Source: Planctomycetota bacterium
GTDB taxonomy: Bacteria > Planctomycetota > Planctomycetia > Pirellulales > Lacipirellulaceae
Direction of reading: 5' to 3'
Length of the DNA stretch: 15,537 bases
NCBI GenBank assembly: GCA_039190745.1
Contig: JBCCXZ010000075.1
Coordinates: forward strand, 1 to 15,537
A model generated the notes under the pieces. The model was not told the DNA's origin and did not search any database. It saw nothing but the letters and a program-made list of their open reading frames with translations. Positions 7,380 to 15,537 of the stretch are shown here, one piece after another. The position numbers and the translations under genes are program-made. Numbering within the stretch: position 1 is the first letter of the stretch; the number at the start of each line of letters is the position of its first letter.

Positions 7380-8270
7380 CTACTCTTCTAGAGAAGCTGC
7401 GGGGCCTATGGTGTAGCCGCTACGGACTTTCGCAAGCTGACCGCGCTTCACAAGCTGACTCAATCTATCGCGAAAGCTCGAGTTCCAGGTCGCATCCACC
7501 TTTCTTGAAATAGCTTCTCCTCGCATCGGCTTCTCTTTGACCGCCTCAAGGATAGTTCGTTCCTTGGCAGTAAGCCTATCAGCATTATTCGACTGTGTGT
7601 CGCCAGTCTCCTCTTCGAAATGATCCTGTCGCTGTCTCGCGAACCAAGAATCTAGTTCTGCTTGCTGCCAATCCCATGACCACTCTCCGCCTTCCCAGTC
7701 GGCTAGTGCCCGTATGTCGGGTGAGGATTCCGCGGCTTTAAGGTTCTCAAGCAGACCCTCATCCATCGATGCAAATACGCCGCAGACGACAATCTGGTCA
7801 GAGTGTTGCCTCTTGACCTTCGGGCGTAGCTCGACTTCCAAACCAGGAAACTGCTTTATGGAGTTGCCGTCTGGAAACCATACTAGCGAGCACCACTGCT
7901 GCTGCAGCAGAGCGTCTATCAAGAAGCGAATCCGTTTGATTGGTGAAATGCTGGGATAACGATCAGTACTAAAGATAAGTTCCTGAACAACTTGTTCGAT
8001 CTCGAACATCTCGTCAGAAGATTCGACTAGAAGCTCGACAGGTCTAGGCGTACTGAGTGCTCTAAACGCCTCGAATCGGCCATAAGCCGCAGGCCAAGGT
8101 AGAAAGAGTAGATTCAGTGGATCCTCAAAGTCCTCATCCGTCTCTTCGATATCCTCACGCCAGACAGTTGCCTTCCAATGGTATTGGTCTCTGCACGACT
8201 CGTTCGGTGTAAAGAAACGCTCCAGGACATGTACTAGGTCTGCGAGGCGTCTACTGATCCGTGATTCCAT
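7380..8270 (-). CDS. Hypothetical protein with a C-terminal winged-helix-like DNA-binding domain, 296 aa
   Basis: Long ORF in ~50% GC DNA. The C-terminus LTAKERTILEAVKEKPMRGEAISRKV...SFRDRLSQLVKRGQLAKVRSGYTI has wHTH spacing. The acidic N-terminal ~220 aa were not recognised. Confidence 0.7.
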   Translation of the reverse strand: MESRISRRLADLVHVLERFFTPNESCRDQYHWKATVWREDIEETDEDFEDPLNLLFLPWPAAYGRFEAFRALSTPRPVELLVESSDEMFEIEQVVQELIFSTDRYPSISPIKRIRFLIDALLQQQWCSLVWFPDGNSIKQFPGLEVELRPKVKRQHSDQIVVCGVFASMDEGLLENLKAAESSPDIRALADWEGGEWSWDWQQAELDSWFARQRQDHFEEETGDTQSNNADRLTAKERTILEAVKEKPMRGEAISRKVDATWNSSFRDRLSQLVKRGQLAKVRSGYTIGPAASLEE

Positions 8271-8315
8271 TCTTGCAGTATAGCGTCCTGTGGCCTTGAT
8301 TTACTCGGCGGCTTC

Positions 8316-8459
8316 AGCCCGGCGCCATGCTCACGCTCGCATGAGCATGCTGTAAGCTATTCCGAACGGCACCAACATTCTTCCGGCCCCCCTCTGAACT
8401 CAGCACTGGCGAGACGCCAGTGCCACCCGACTTCCTAGCTAGACGACTCTGTCGGCGAC
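8316..8459. repeat. REP-like cluster: family B (8316-8350), E-related palindrome (8403-8430) and decayed family A (8432-8459)
   Basis: AGCCCGGCGCCATGCTCACGCTCGCATGAGCATGC is 30/35 identical to the reverse complement of 6730-6764. Also GCACTGGCG-AGA-CGCCAGTGC-CACCCGA and TTCCTAGC....CGAC...GTCGGCG. Confidence 0.75.
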
Positions 8460-8774
8460 GCATGCTGCGCCGCATTCACCCTGCCGGAGCCGAGAAGGCT
8501 TGCCAATGGCCACTCTGGAAGATATACACATGTATACTTTTGTGGGCAGCTTCCGCAGCCGCCAAGAAACTATCGCGAATCCCGATACTGCGCCCCAGAA
8601 AACTCAGCACGAAAAACCGCAAACTCAAATCAATGAGTCCGCCCCGAGTATGAGCACGCCCTGGAAAACCCGGCGCCCCGCAGAAAACAAGGCGACAATA
8701 CAACCGACTTTTGGCGTATCGCCGCGTGTACCTGATTCCACGCCTAAACGACAAAAGGCCCCAGCACCCGCCTT

Positions 8775-8847
8775 TGTAGGAGGCCTCTCCGAGGCCGATT
8801 TCGGATTGCTTGGCCGAACGGAATCGGGCTCAGAGAGCCCTCCTACA
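8775..8847. repeat. Inverted GTAG-REP doublet (REPIN-like), family D, just downstream of alaC
   Basis: TGTAGGAGGCCTCTCCGAGGCCGATT (8775-8800) vs minus-strand TGTAGGAGGGCTCTCTGAGCCCGATT (8822-8847), 23/26 identical. Confidence 0.88.
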
Positions 8848-8861
8848 GAAGAGACGGCAGG

Positions 8862-10121
8862 TTACTCAGCCGTCGCCGCGGCCGGCGTGCCCGAGTGCTC
8901 CGCCTCCGCGTCCCGCAGGCACTGCTTGATCTGCCGCACCGCCTGCTGCAACCGCTGCTCGTTCTCCACCAGCGACATCCGCAGCCAGCCCTCGCCCTCG
9001 GGGCCGAACCCGCTCCCCGGGCTCACCGCCACGTTGCCCTTCTCCAAGAGCAGCAGCGCGAAGTCCATCGTGCTCATCCGGCTCCGCCACGGCTCGGGAA
9101 CCCGCTGCCACACGAACATCCCCGCCTTCGGAGGGTCCACGTCCCAACCGATCCGGCTCAGCCCGTCGCACAACGCGTCCCGCCGCTTACGGTACACCTC
9201 CGACTGCGCCGCCACCGCCGCGTCGGTGTGCCGCAGGGCCATGATCGACGCGATCTGGATCGCCTGGAACATGCCGTAATCGTAGTAGCCCTTGATCGTC
9301 GCGAGCGCCGAGATCATCTCCCGGTTCCCGCTACAAAAACCGACCCGCCAGCCGGCCATGTTGTAACCCTTGCTCATCGTGGTGAACTCGACGCCCACCT
9401 CCGCCGCGCCGGGAGAAGCCAGGAAGCTCGGCGGCTGGTACCCGTCGAACGCCACGTCCGCGTACGCAAAGTCGCTGATCACCATCAGGTTGTAACGCTT
9501 CGCCAGCTTCACCACTTCATCGTAGAACGGCTGCTCCACCACCGCGCTGGTCGGATTGTGCGGGTAGCAAACCATCAACAGCTTCGGCCGCGGGTAGAGC
9601 GTCTCGCACATCGCGGCCACGTCCGAGAGGAACTTGTCGCTGTCGGCCAGCGGCAGCGTGATCACAGTCCCCGAAGCCAGGGCCACCGCATAGACATGCA
9701 CAGGAAAGTACGGCGCCGGCACGATCGCCGTGTCGCCCGGCCCCATCAGGGCCAGACACATGTGCGAGAAACCCTCCTTCGACCCCAGGCAGGTGATGAT
9801 CTCTTCGTCGGGGTCGAGCCGGGCGCCGTACTGCTTGAAGTACTTGGCCGCCACCTCCCGCCGCAGGTTGGCGATGCCGTTGGACTTGCTGTAGCGGTGG
9901 TTCCGCGGGTCGCGGGCCGCCTCGACCAGCTTCTCGACGACCAGCTCCTCGGGCGGGTCGGTCGGGTTGCCCATGCCGAGCTCGATCACGTCGTCGCCGG
10001 CGACCCGCTTGTCGTAGATCCGCTTGTTGATGCGGCCAAACAAGTAGGGCGGCAGCCGCAGCACGCGCTGCGCGACCTGCACCTGGAACGGAGAATCAGC
10101 GGAGCTCGGTTCTTGCGACAT
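8862..10121 (-). CDS. alaC: PLP-dependent class I/II aminotransferase, AlaC-like (glutamate-pyruvate aminotransferase)
   Basis: [40 protein letters not shown] (PLP lysine), and [17 protein letters not shown], which resembles AlaC/YfdZ. The closely related DapL-like function is not excluded. Confidence 0.8.
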   Translation of the reverse strand: MSQEPSSADSPFQVQVAQRVLRLPPYLFGRINKRIYDKRVAGDDVIELGMGNPTDPPEELVVEKLVEAARDPRNHRYSKSNGIANLRREVAAKYFKQYGARLDPDEEIITCLGSKEGFSHMCLALMGPGDTAIVPAPYFPVHVYAVALASGTVITLPLADSDKFLSDVAAMCETLYPRPKLLMVCYPHNPTSAVVEQPFYDEVVKLAKRYNLMVISDFAYADVAFDGYQPPSFLASPGAAEVGVEFTTMSKGYNMAGWRVGFCSGNREMISALATIKGYYDYGMFQAIQIASIMALRHTDAAVAAQSEVYRKRRDALCDGLSRIGWDVDPPKAGMFVWQRVPEPWRSRMSTMDFALLLLEKGNVAVSPGSGFGPEGEGWLRMSLVENEQRLQQAVRQIKQCLRDAEAEHSGTPAAATAE

Positions 10122-10200
10122 GCGGCCGGGTCGGTTCGGGAGGACGGAATACTAGAGTATACCCCTCGACACGCGCCCGGCCACGCCGGTTCACCGTCCG

Positions 10201-12132
10201 CTACCGCTGCACGCCCGCCGGACGCACGGCCGAATCCCGCCGGGGGGCAGCGGAGTCTCGCCTCGCGGCAGTCTGCGCCTGCTGGGCCCGCTTTGGCGAG
10301 TGGGACGTCCCCGCCAGGTAGTTATCCACCCGCGAGTTCTCCCGCAGCTCCTCAAACTTGCGGCTCATCGCCAGGCGGAGCTTCTTCTCGTAGATATCCT
10401 TGTGGAGCACGTCGCGCACTTCGGACTGCGAGACCTCAATGCTCTCGGTCCGCCCCTCGCAGCGGAGGATAACGAACTTGTCCGCCAGCTGGATGATGCC
10501 CGAGAGCTGCCCCGGCTGCAGCGCGAACGCAGCCTGTTCGAGCTGCTGCTCGCCGCCGAACCGGCGGATCGGCGGCACCTCGCCGCGGAGGGCCTTGCTT
10601 GTCGGTTCGACCGAGTACTCCTCGGCCAGGTCGCCAAAGTACTCGACCGACGGGTTCCGGCGGGCCTTGTCCCACACCTCCTGGGCTCGACGCATGTTGC
10701 CCAGCACGATCGCCCGGCAGCGGACGCGGGGGCCGTAGTTCGCCTCGAAGCCCTTCTGGAGGTCTTCCTCGGTGACCTTCACGTCTGCGGCGGTGAGCTT
10801 CTTCAGCGCCGCCGACGGCCAGACCGAGTCGTTCAGGTACTGCTCTTTGGTGATGCCCTGCTCCCGCGTGACCGTGGCGAACCACTGGTTGAGCACCTCC
10901 GATTCCTGGCCCTCGGCAACGCCCGCGAGCCGGGCCGCGTGCATCACCTCAGCGTCGAGGTCGGCTTGGGCGACGCCAAGGCTGCGGCTCTGCAGCGACT
11001 GCCGCAGGAGGGTCTGCGAGATCTCCGATTCGAGCACCTCTTCGCCGTGGCGAAGCAGGCATTCCTTGCCGAGCTCACGCATCGAGATCGAGTCGCCGTT
11101 GATCGTCGCGACCACGCCCGGCATGGTCTCGCGGAGCTCGGGGTTGTTGTAGACGTTCACTACGGTGGCCGACTGTTGCAGCTCGGCGAATTTCTGGCCC
11201 GCGACCTCGCGGAGTTTTTCTTCTTTGACCGACTCGATAATCCGCTGCTGCTGTTGGGCCAGATTGTACTGACGCGCGGGGATCTGCTGCTCGCATTTCA
11301 GGATGACGAACTTGTCCGCCACCGGGATGACCTGCGAGACCTGCCCTGGCTGCAGCGAGAAGGCCATGTTCTCGATGGCGGGGCTGCCGACGTGCTTGCG
11401 GATTGGCTGGATGAGCCCGCCGACGCTGGCGCTGTTGACGTCTTCGGAATGCTCGATCGCCGCCCGGGCGAAGACATCTGGGTTTGCACTCAATTCCGCT
11501 TGGAGCTTGTCGGCGAGATCGCGGCGGCCGACGGCGATCAACCGGGCACGCACTGCCGGTCCGAATTCGCGCTCAAGCTGCTTCTGGATCTCTTCCTGGG
11601 TAGGTGCGAGTTGGTCACTGGCGAGCTTCCGCAGGGCGAGCGTCGGCCAGACAATGTCGCGGGCGTATTCCTCGGCCGAGACGCCGCGCTCCGATTCGAG
11701 CAGTTCGAGCCACTGCTCGCGGCCCAGCTGGAAGCGTTGAGCCATACGGTCGATCTCCGCGGCGATCTCCTGCTGTGTGATCTTGATCCCGCGGTTGCGG
11801 CAGTGGCTGGCGATCAGCCGTTTGTTGACTAGACTCTCGAGCACCTCTTTGCCGTGGCGGCGGACGCACGCTTCGGTGAGTTGGGCCCGATTGATTTCTT
11901 CGCCGTTCACAAACGCCATCACGTCGTGCGGCAGCTCAGCCTTGGCTACGGGCGACTGTACGGCTTTCTGCTTCTTCGGCTGCTGATTGGCTTCACGCGT
12001 GCGGGCTGATGCCTCGCGCTGGCCGTCCGCCGATTTCACGGCGAGTGCGGCCGCGATGACGGCCAGGGCCGAGATCGCCCAGATGAAACGCTGCTTGGAA
12101 ACACTGAGGGGCCGAGCCGCTTCGCGGGACAT
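10201..12132 (-). CDS. Exported PrsA/SurA-like foldase with two tandem (SurA-N + parvulin) modules, 643 aa
   Basis: N-terminal hydrophobic segment. Internal duplication AFVNGEEINRAQL..RHGKEVLES / ATINGDSISMREL..RHGEEVLES. Parvulin motifs AIEHSED..S...GG and AF.LQPGQ.S.I....DKFVIL each occur twice. Confidence 0.88.
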   Translation of the reverse strand: MSREAARPLSVSKQRFIWAISALAVIAAALAVKSADGQREASARTREANQQPKKQKAVQSPVAKAELPHDVMAFVNGEEINRAQLTEACVRRHGKEVLESLVNKRLIASHCRNRGIKITQQEIAAEIDRMAQRFQLGREQWLELLESERGVSAEEYARDIVWPTLALRKLASDQLAPTQEEIQKQLEREFGPAVRARLIAVGRRDLADKLQAELSANPDVFARAAIEHSEDVNSASVGGLIQPIRKHVGSPAIENMAFSLQPGQVSQVIPVADKFVILKCEQQIPARQYNLAQQQQRIIESVKEEKLREVAGQKFAELQQSATVVNVYNNPELRETMPGVVATINGDSISMRELGKECLLRHGEEVLESEISQTLLRQSLQSRSLGVAQADLDAEVMHAARLAGVAEGQESEVLNQWFATVTREQGITKEQYLNDSVWPSAALKKLTAADVKVTEEDLQKGFEANYGPRVRCRAIVLGNMRRAQEVWDKARRNPSVEYFGDLAEEYSVEPTSKALRGEVPPIRRFGGEQQLEQAAFALQPGQLSGIIQLADKFVILRCEGRTESIEVSQSEVRDVLHKDIYEKKLRLAMSRKFEELRENSRVDNYLAGTSHSPKRAQQAQTAARRDSAAPRRDSAVRPAGVQR

Positions 12133-12208
12133 CGCGGTTTCTCCGTAAACCGTGGGTTGCGTGTCGCTGCGCGGGCGGGTCTTCGGCGCGCAGCAGGGTT
12201 GGGCCGGG

Positions 12209-12236
12209 AGTATAGGGAACCGGCCGCTGCCGGCAA
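12209..12236 (-). promoter_or_regulatory. Sigma70-type promoter for the foldase gene
   Basis: Minus strand TTGCCG (12236-12231), 16-nt spacer, TATACT (12214-12209), about 77 nt upstream of the ATG. Confidence 0.55.
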
Positions 12237-12245
12237 GAGAAGATC

Positions 12246-12269
12246 GCCCGCGCTGCTAGCAGCGCGGGC
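12246..12269 (-). terminator. Perfect 24-bp palindrome downstream of frr; possible terminator or 3' stabiliser
   Basis: GCCCGCGCTGCT|AGCAGCGCGGGC lies 41 nt after the frr stop. It is followed on the minus strand by GATCTTCTCTT, only a weak U-tract. Confidence 0.45.
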
Positions 12270-12310
12270 CAGCGGAAAGAAGGTGGAAGCAACCACGCCG
12301 CAGTCGGGGG

Positions 12311-12871
12311 CTACTGCTCCATGACCTCGGCTTCTTTCGACTTGGCTAACTCGGTGACTTGCGACTCGAATTTCTTCGTCAGTTCTTGGACTTCTTCCTT
12401 GACCTTGTCGCGGTCGTCCTCGGTCATTTCCTTGTCCTTCTCGGCCTGGTCCGCGTGCTTGTTGCCGTCGCGGCGGATGTTCCGGATCGAGACCTTGGCT
12501 TCTTCGGCGAGGTCCTTCGTGCGGGAGACCATCTTCTTGCGGACATCGCCGGAGAGCGCCGGGATGTTGAGGCGGATAACCTTGCCGTCGCTCTGCGGGG
12601 CAAGGCCCAGGTCGCTGTTGACGATCGCCTTCTCGATGTCCTTGATCGTCGACGGGTCGAACGGCCGGATCAGGATCTGCTGCGGCTCGGGGGCGCTGAC
12701 CGAGGCGATCTGCTTCATCGGCGTGGGTGAGCCGTAGACCTCGACGCGGAGCGGGTCGACCAGACCCGGGTTGGCTCGTCCGGTGCGGATGCCGCTCAGG
12801 TCGTCCTTGAGTTTGGAGACCGCCTTCTCCATGCGTTCCTCGGAATCGAGGAGGATCTCATCGGCTTCCAT
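12311..12871 (-). CDS. frr: Ribosome recycling factor
   Basis: IRTGRANP, VYGSPTP, SDLGLAPQSDGKVIRL and KVSIRNIRRD motifs; conserved position after pyrH. Confidence 0.99.
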   Translation of the reverse strand: MEADEILLDSEERMEKAVSKLKDDLSGIRTGRANPGLVDPLRVEVYGSPTPMKQIASVSAPEPQQILIRPFDPSTIKDIEKAIVNSDLGLAPQSDGKVIRLNIPALSGDVRKKMVSRTKDLAEEAKVSIRNIRRDGNKHADQAEKDKEMTEDDRDKVKEEVQELTKKFESQVTELAKSKEAEVMEQ

Positions 12872-12957
12872 GGCGTTACTCGTACTTGGATTGATTGTGC
12901 TTCGAGAAGTCTGAGCGGCGAAGGGTTGAAGCGTCGGGGCTCAGCCTAACAGACCGG

Positions 12958-13722
12958 CTAAGACTTGGCGGGCTGTTGGCTGCTGACGTACGTGCCAAGT
13001 CGTTCGCCGCGGACCGCCCGCTCGATGTTGCCGTCGTGGCGGTAGTTAAAGACCAGGATCGGCAGGTCGTGTTCCATGCAGTGGGCGATCGCTGTCGAGT
13101 CCATCACGCGGAGGTCGTTATTGCGGACCTCTTGGAAGCTCAGGTCCTCGTACAAGACAGCGTGCGGATTCTTCTCGGGGTCGTCACTGTAGACGCCATC
13201 GACTCGGGTGGCCTTCATCAGCACGTCAGCGCCGAGTTCCAATGCCTTCTGGGCGGCCGCGGTGTCGGTGGTCACGAAAGGGGCGCCTGTGCCTCCGGCA
13301 AGGATCACGATGCGGCCCTTCTCCAGGTGGCGGCGGGCACGGCGACGGATGAAGGGCTCAGCGACACCGTCCATCTTCACCGTGCTCATCAAGCGAGTTT
13401 CGCAGCCCAGCGATTCCAGGGCGTCCTGCAGCGCCAGGCCGTTGATCACCGTAGCGATCATTCCCATGTAGTGGGCGGTGGCTTCCTGGATGCTCGAATT
13501 CCCGGCGGTAAACTGCGCTCCGCGGAGGATGTTGCCCCCGCCGATCACGATGCCGATGTCGACGCCCTGCTGCTTGGCCTTGAAAGTCTGAGAGGCGATA
13601 TGCACCACTTCGTGCATGCTGATGCCCCGCTCGCCCGGAGGCGCAAAGCTCTCACCGGAGAGCTTCAGGATCACGCGGCGGTACGGCCCGCTGCCGTTGG
13701 CGTCTTGCTGCGGCTCTGGCAT
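12958..13722 (-). CDS. pyrH: UMP kinase
   Basis: [57 protein letters not shown] and DLRVMDSTA motifs. Confidence 0.99.
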   Translation of the reverse strand: MPEPQQDANGSGPYRRVILKLSGESFAPPGERGISMHEVVHIASQTFKAKQQGVDIGIVIGGGNILRGAQFTAGNSSIQEATAHYMGMIATVINGLALQDALESLGCETRLMSTVKMDGVAEPFIRRRARRHLEKGRIVILAGGTGAPFVTTDTAAAQKALELGADVLMKATRVDGVYSDDPEKNPHAVLYEDLSFQEVRNNDLRVMDSTAIAHCMEHDLPILVFNYRHDGNIERAVRGERLGTYVSSQQPAKS

Positions 13723-13786
13723 GCTGATCTGCGCGTTCCTGGTGGGGCTGATGCCTTCGGGACAACGCTGAAGGCTCTAGCGGGAG

Positions 13787-14638
13787 CTAAGCCGCGGCCT
13801 CGGCCTTGGAGGTGTCGCCCACTTTCCAATGTACGAAGCCGGTGACTTTCATGCCGCCCGTCTTGGCAACGGCTCCGACCGTCTGCTTTTCATCCTTCAC
13901 GAACGGCTGCTCTTCGAGGACGTGCTCGGCGTAAAAGTTACGCATGCGGCCTTCGATCATCTTCTCGATGATGTTCTCCGGCTTGCCTTCGCCGCGAGCG
14001 CGTTCGATCTGGACATCGCGCTCGGCTTTGACAAAGGCCGCGTCTAACTCGTCCTTGGTTGCCGCCTTCGGGGCCATCGCCGCAACATGCATAGCGATGT
14101 CCTTCGCCAGCTCGGCGGTGCCGCCTTCCACCTGCAGTAGCACGCCGCTCTTGCCGTCGTGGTGGACGTAGCCGCCGGAGGGGCTCTCGATCCGCTCGAT
14201 GCGGGCGAGGCGGAAGACCTCTCGGATCTTGTTCTCCAATTCGTCCTTGATTTCGCGGAGCGTCTTGCCGGCTTGCGACGGCGAAGGCTGGTCCCAGAGT
14301 TCGTCCGGAGTGGCAGCCCCCGGACCGGTCGCGAGCTGCTTTGCCAAGTCGTTCGTCAAGGCGATGACTTCTTCGTGGCCGGCGACCGGCGCCGACTCGA
14401 CTTGCAGTTCAATGATGGCCCCGGTTGGTTCGTTGGGCGAGCCGTAGAAGGCGATGCGGCCTTCCTCGGTCGCCCGGTCTTGGCGGGCCGCCATGAACTT
14501 GAGACCCTTTTCGCGTAGGGCGGTTTTGGCGGCCTCCATGTCGCCGCTCGCGTCGGCGAGCGCCTTCTTGCAGTCCATCATCGGCAGCTGGGTGTCGTCC
14601 CGAAGCTGCTTCACCATTGCGGCGGTGATTTCGGCCAC
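13787..14638 (-). CDS. tsf: Translation elongation factor Ts
   Basis: ITAAMVKQLR..T...MMDCKKAL, DIAMHVAAMAP, GKPENIIEKMIEGR and L.EQPFVKD motifs. GTG start with AAGGAG Shine-Dalgarno. Located between rpsB and pyrH. Confidence 0.98.
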   Translation of the reverse strand: MAEITAAMVKQLRDDTQLPMMDCKKALADASGDMEAAKTALREKGLKFMAARQDRATEEGRIAFYGSPNEPTGAIIELQVESAPVAGHEEVIALTNDLAKQLATGPGAATPDELWDQPSPSQAGKTLREIKDELENKIREVFRLARIERIESPSGGYVHHDGKSGVLLQVEGGTAELAKDIAMHVAAMAPKAATKDELDAAFVKAERDVQIERARGEGKPENIIEKMIEGRMRNFYAEHVLEEQPFVKDEKQTVGAVAKTGGMKVTGFVHWKVGDTSKAEAAA

Positions 14639-14722
14639 TGTGGTTGGCTCCTTCTTGCTGTTCTCTTCAGGTGACTGCGGCTCCGCGGGATGTAGCCGGC
14701 GGCCGCGGTGAATGGAGATGAC

Positions 14723-15472
14723 TTACTCCTTAGATTCCTTACTGGCCCCGGGATCTGCTCCTTCGGCCTTCTGCTGCTGCGCGACCGCTGCCTCGGCTTT
14801 GCCTTCCGCGATGGCGTCGGCCAGCATATTCACAATGAGGTCGATCGAACGCATGCTGTCGTCGTTACCGGGGATCGGAAGGTCGACCTGATCCGGGTCG
14901 CAGTCGGTATCGATCAACGCCACCGTTGCGATGCCGAGCTTCTTCGCCTCTTTGACCGCGTTCTTTTCCTTGCGCGGGTCGACGACGAACAGGCACTCCG
15001 GCAACCGGCTCATGGTCCGCATTCCGTTGAGGTTGCGGAACATCTTCCGGTACTCGCGGTTTAGCGAGGACTGGGCCTTCTTGGAGTACTGGTTGATCTC
15101 GTCCGACTCGCGGATGTGCTCTAGCTCTTCCAGGCGGGTAAGCCGGCTGCGGATGGTGCGGAAGTTGGTCAGCGTGCCGCCGAGCCAGCGGTCGTTGACG
15201 TAGGGCATGCCGCAGCGATCTGCGGCCTTCTGGATCGTGTCGCCCGCCTGCCGCTTGGTGCCGACGAACAGCACTAGGCTGCCGCGGCCGGAGACGCTCG
15301 AGAGATACTTCTTGGCCCGCAGCAGCCCGCGGATGGTCTCTCGCACATCGATGATGTGGATGAGGTTCTTGCGGGCGTAGATATACGGCCGCATCTTGGG
15401 GTTCCAGCGGCTGGCGCGGTGGCCAAAGTGCACGCCGGACTCGACCAGCTTCTTAACAAGTTCGCTCGACAT
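14723..15472 (-). CDS. rpsB: 30S ribosomal protein S2
   Basis: GVHFGH...[31 protein letters not shown] and IPGNDD motifs. ATG 15472 has AGGA upstream and is preferred over GTG 15496. Confidence 0.99.
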   Translation of the reverse strand: MSSELVKKLVESGVHFGHRASRWNPKMRPYIYARKNLIHIIDVRETIRGLLRAKKYLSSVSGRGSLVLFVGTKRQAGDTIQKAADRCGMPYVNDRWLGGTLTNFRTIRSRLTRLEELEHIRESDEINQYSKKAQSSLNREYRKMFRNLNGMRTMSRLPECLFVVDPRKEKNAVKEAKKLGIATVALIDTDCDPDQVDLPIPGNDDSMRSIDLIVNMLADAIAEGKAEAAVAQQQKAEGADPGASKESKE

Positions 15473-15537
15473 TCGATTTTCCTGGGTAGAGCACACCGGC
15501 TTTGTCCTCGTAGGGGCTTCTCTCAGCCCGGAGAGGC

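Noticed and set aside
5180..8850. CRISPR array or integron attC interpretation of the repeats
   Set aside because: The repeats are heterogeneous, irregularly spaced and in mixed orientation. There are no constant-length spacers, cas genes, integrase or consistent RYYYAAC/GTTRRRY cores.
8500..9279. 259-aa plus-strand ORF
   Set aside because: It runs through the D REP doublet and antisense into alaC, with low-complexity S/P/A/R composition.
10149..10184. TATACT -10 upstream of alaC (10156-10161, minus strand)
   Set aside because: The -10 is plausible but the -35 (GTGGCC) is poor, too weak to list as a feature.
8895..13845. Long plus-strand ORFs 8895..10472, 10300..11832 and 12895..13845
   Set aside because: They are antisense shadows of alaC, the foldase and pyrH, expected with high-GC codon bias, and have no protein motifs.
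15473..15537. Possible rpsB autoregulatory leader (GGTGTG motif at 15492-15497, minus strand)
   Set aside because: The leader is cut by the window edge, so its structure cannot be evaluated.

Overview
GC-rich bacterial DNA, most likely from a planctomycete (Pirellulales-like; inferred from protein character, not proven). The right half (8862-15537, all minus strand) is core genome: rpsB, tsf, pyrH, frr, a duplicated-domain PrsA/SurA-like foldase and an AlaC-type aminotransferase. The left half (1-8850) looks accessory. It holds a SOUL heme-binding protein, a bacterial PH-domain membrane protein, a ~1000-aa exported TPR-like protein, TspO, a Zn-dependent nucleoside/nucleobase deaminase, and a vapBC-like toxin-antitoxin pair whose PIN toxin has one in-frame TGA. 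It also holds a ~1.5-kb low-GC two-gene cassette. From 5180 to 8850 most intergenic spaces carry short palindromic REP-like repeats of about five families. These form doublets and composite modules, and they bracket the accessory genes as direct or inverted repeats. No transposase, integrase, tRNA, rRNA or CRISPR array is visible. The best leads are the REP-bounded cassette architecture, and the deaminase lying next to a toxin gene interrupted by a UGA at a probable Trp codon, with the A in a predicted A.C hairpin mismatch (speculative editing or readthrough hypothesis).
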